Part shown: in pieces, positions 61,973 to 64,000 of the stretch
Layout: each line of letters opens with the position of its first letter
How positions within the stretch are numbered: position 1 is the first letter of the stretch
DNA from: Myxococcota bacterium
GTDB lineage: Bacteria; Myxococcota_A; SURF-8
Reading direction: 5' to 3'
Length of the DNA stretch: 64,000 nt
Assembly (NCBI GenBank): GCA_965140415.1
Contig: OZ223209.1
Span: forward strand, 4,800,001 to 4,864,000
Made by a program: the position numbers and the translations under genes
Notes under the pieces: model-generated
Told to the model about the DNA's origin: nothing
Database searches by the model: none
Seen by the model: the letters and a program-made list of their open reading frames with translations, nothing else

Positions 61973-62320
61973 GTGGAGAACTTTGGTACGGCAGTCTGGA
62001 TATCTCTGGTTGGATTCTCCATTGTGTTCATTGCACTGGGATTGAACTACCTGGCGGTGCGCCTGCTCTGGCTCTTCGGTGAAAAACCCGAGCCACCCAA
62101 GGCGGCAATCGATACGCCAGTAGCAACCGAGCCGGTAAAACAGGAAAAAGAAGAAGCGCCCCCGGCACAAGCGGCTCCCGTGGAAAGCACCCCAACGGCT
62201 AGCAAGCAAGAAACTCCCGTTGCAGCAAAATCGGGGCAGCCCGACGAGCAGACGGTGGCGGCAATCATGGCGGCCATCGGCAGCTACGAACAGGAAAGAT
62301 GCAGTTCATCGCTGCGTTAG
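61973..62320 (+). CDS. oadG: OadG-family (gamma/delta) subunit of a Na+-translocating decarboxylase
   Basis: N-terminal TM GFSIVF..L, Pro/Ala linker, VAAIMAAI; precedes the beta subunit. Confidence 0.8.
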   Translation: MENFGTAVWISLVGFSIVFIALGLNYLAVRLLWLFGEKPEPPKAAIDTPVATEPVKQEKEEAPPAQAAPVESTPTASKQETPVAAKSGQPDEQTVAAIMAAIGSYEQERCSSSLR

Positions 62321-62361
62321 CAACTTCACCATAACCCGTATATAGAGGGTGATGAAACGAT

Positions 62362-63534
62362 ATGGAAACCGATCTCACTAGCTTTTTGCAATCACTGGGT
62401 ATAGTTGGCATCGTTCAGGCATTCGGTAAACCGGTTTTGATGTATGCCATCGGCGGACTGCTGATCTTTCTGGGCATCTTCAAAAAGTGGGAACCGCTGC
62501 TGCTGATTCCCATTGGCGTAGGCATCGTGTTGACGAACACGCCCTTTATCGGTGTGATGGAACATCCACCGCTCGATCAGCCGCTGTCGATGAAAATGAT
62601 TGTAGAGGAAACCGGCTTTCTCTATTTGATTTACGCTTTCGGCATTAAAACCGGCATCTTTCCCTTGTTGATTTTCCTTGGCGTTGGCGCCCTGACCGAT
62701 TTCGGTCCCTTAATCGCCAATCCCAAAACTCTGATTTTAGGTGCAGCGGCCCAAGTCGGCATCTTTCTCACCTTTTTTGGGGCGGTGATGCTTGGCTTCC
62801 CATTAAATGAAGCAGGCTCCATCGGGATTATCGGAGGCGCGGACGGACCCACCGCGATTTTCCTTACCGGCAAGCTGGCCCCGCATTTACTAGGTCCGAT
62901 TGCCATTGCCGCCTACAGTTACATGGCGCTGGTGCCGATGATCCAGCCGCCGATCATGCGCCTTCTGGTTCCCGAACACGAACGAAAAATCGTGATGGAG
63001 CAGATGCGCAAGGTGAGCCGAAGGGAAAAAATCCTGTTCCCGGTTTTCATTACACTCGTCACCATCCTGCTGATCCCCTCGGCGGTGCCACTGGTTGGAA
63101 TGCTGATGTTCGGCAATCTCTTGAAAGAATGCGGCGTGGTGGATCGACTGGCGAAAACGGCGCAAAACGAATTGATCAACATCGTGACCATTCTGCTGGG
63201 TCTAACGGTCGGTGCGACGATGAGCGTGGATACCTTCCTGAACGTCAAAACATTGATGATCATCTGCCTGGGACTGATCGCCTTCAGCATCGGTACGGCG
63301 GGCGGCTTGATTTTCGGGCGCATCATGTGCTGGGCGACCAAAGGCAAGGTCAATCCGCTTATCGGCTCCGCTGGCGTAAGTGCGGTGCCCATGGCGGCGC
63401 GTGTCAGCCAGAAGGTCGGGCAGGAAGTCGATCCCTTCAACAACCTGCTCATGCACGCCATGGGACCGAATGTCGCGGGTGTACTCGGCTCGGCCATCGC
63501 CGCCGGTGTGTTTTTATCGCTGCTGGGGAAATGA
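62362..63534 (+). CDS. oadB: Na+-translocating carboxybiotin decarboxylase beta subunit
   Basis: [56 protein letters not shown]. Confidence 0.95.
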   Translation: METDLTSFLQSLGIVGIVQAFGKPVLMYAIGGLLIFLGIFKKWEPLLLIPIGVGIVLTNTPFIGVMEHPPLDQPLSMKMIVEETGFLYLIYAFGIKTGIFPLLIFLGVGALTDFGPLIANPKTLILGAAAQVGIFLTFFGAVMLGFPLNEAGSIGIIGGADGPTAIFLTGKLAPHLLGPIAIAAYSYMALVPMIQPPIMRLLVPEHERKIVMEQMRKVSRREKILFPVFITLVTILLIPSAVPLVGMLMFGNLLKECGVVDRLAKTAQNELINIVTILLGLTVGATMSVDTFLNVKTLMIICLGLIAFSIGTAGGLIFGRIMCWATKGKVNPLIGSAGVSAVPMAARVSQKVGQEVDPFNNLLMHAMGPNVAGVLGSAIAAGVFLSLLGK

Positions 63535-63787
63535 TCTCACGCGCTACATCTGGAGTGATTCTTACCGGTTACAAATCACTTTTAGCCACATATTCTATGA
63601 TTTTGTGCCATAGTCTTACGCGATCGAAGATCGTGGAAGGCTGTGTGTCTTCAATAAGTTACACACGGCCTCCCGGAATTTCCATTCCGTGAGACCATGG
63701 CACATCATGATTGCTCGATAGACAGAAATGAATGATATCTCCCCTCGCCGCTACATGAAGACATCACTTGTGTGAACAACCTCTCTC

Positions 63788-64000
63788 CTACAAATTCGTA
63801 GCCACCATCCAAACACCCACCAGAATAAAGACCAGTCCGCCCATTTGCAGGGCTGTAACCTGCTCTCCCAGTTTTAAAATGGAATAGGTCACCACGATCA
63901 GAAACCCGGCGGAAGTCATAATCGGATAGGCAACGGAAAGCTTGATCTGGCTCAGCACCACCGAATACGCCGCCAGCGCCACACCGAAAAAGAACACACC
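63788..64000 (-). CDS. SMR/EamA-like small transporter (5'-truncated by window edge)
   Basis: LSVAYPI, LGEQVT....G...IL.GV; frame open to the window end. Confidence 0.75.
   Translation of the reverse strand, partial: GVFFFGVALAAYSVVLSQIKLSVAYPIMTSAGFLIVVTYSILKLGEQVTALQMGGLVFILVGVWMVATNL

Noticed and set aside
61114-63534. Tryptophan-to-glutaconyl-CoA pathway linking the KynB-like gene and the Na+ decarboxylase
   Set aside because: A 223-bp gap separates them, no other pathway genes are present, and cyclase-family specificity cannot be assigned.

Overview
Gene-dense bacterial chromosomal window with about 50 CDS. The gene content (several PilZ proteins, a CHASE2 adenylate cyclase, acidic and Cys-rich lipoproteins, a 'PFYKHWIFWT' anchor motif, pdxST, coaX, a LonC-type protease) suggests a Myxococcota/Deltaproteobacteria-type organism; this is an inference. 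Most genes are housekeeping or envelope genes (rfbD, upp-like, yceI, DEAD-box helicase, pdxS/T, tatBC, PBP1A, asnB, rarA, coaX, folC, oadG/oadB). I found no rRNA, tRNA, CRISPR array, integrase or transposase. Most notable observations: (1) An intact fadA-fadN-like pair whose thiolase has all four canonical active-site motifs altered (both catalytic Cys->Gly, GHP His->Tyr, NEAF->NERH), beside a partly degenerate FadN; this is a candidate repurposed thiolase-fold enzyme or pseudoenzyme complex. (2) A ~5 kb cassette (WbmS-like deacetylase, carbamoyltransferase, GT-C-like membrane protein) bounded by an exact 14-bp direct repeat, with a REP/MITE-like element at one end. (3) A structured candidate sRNA between convergent genes. 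(4) An AMIN - long E/R helix - AMIN-like protein at the dedD position after folC. (5) A probably frameshifted REC-PAS/hybrid kinase with a pseudo-receiver. (6) A shared acidic 'DGD' tether after the lipobox of unrelated lipoproteins. All family calls come from motif recognition by eye, not from database searches.
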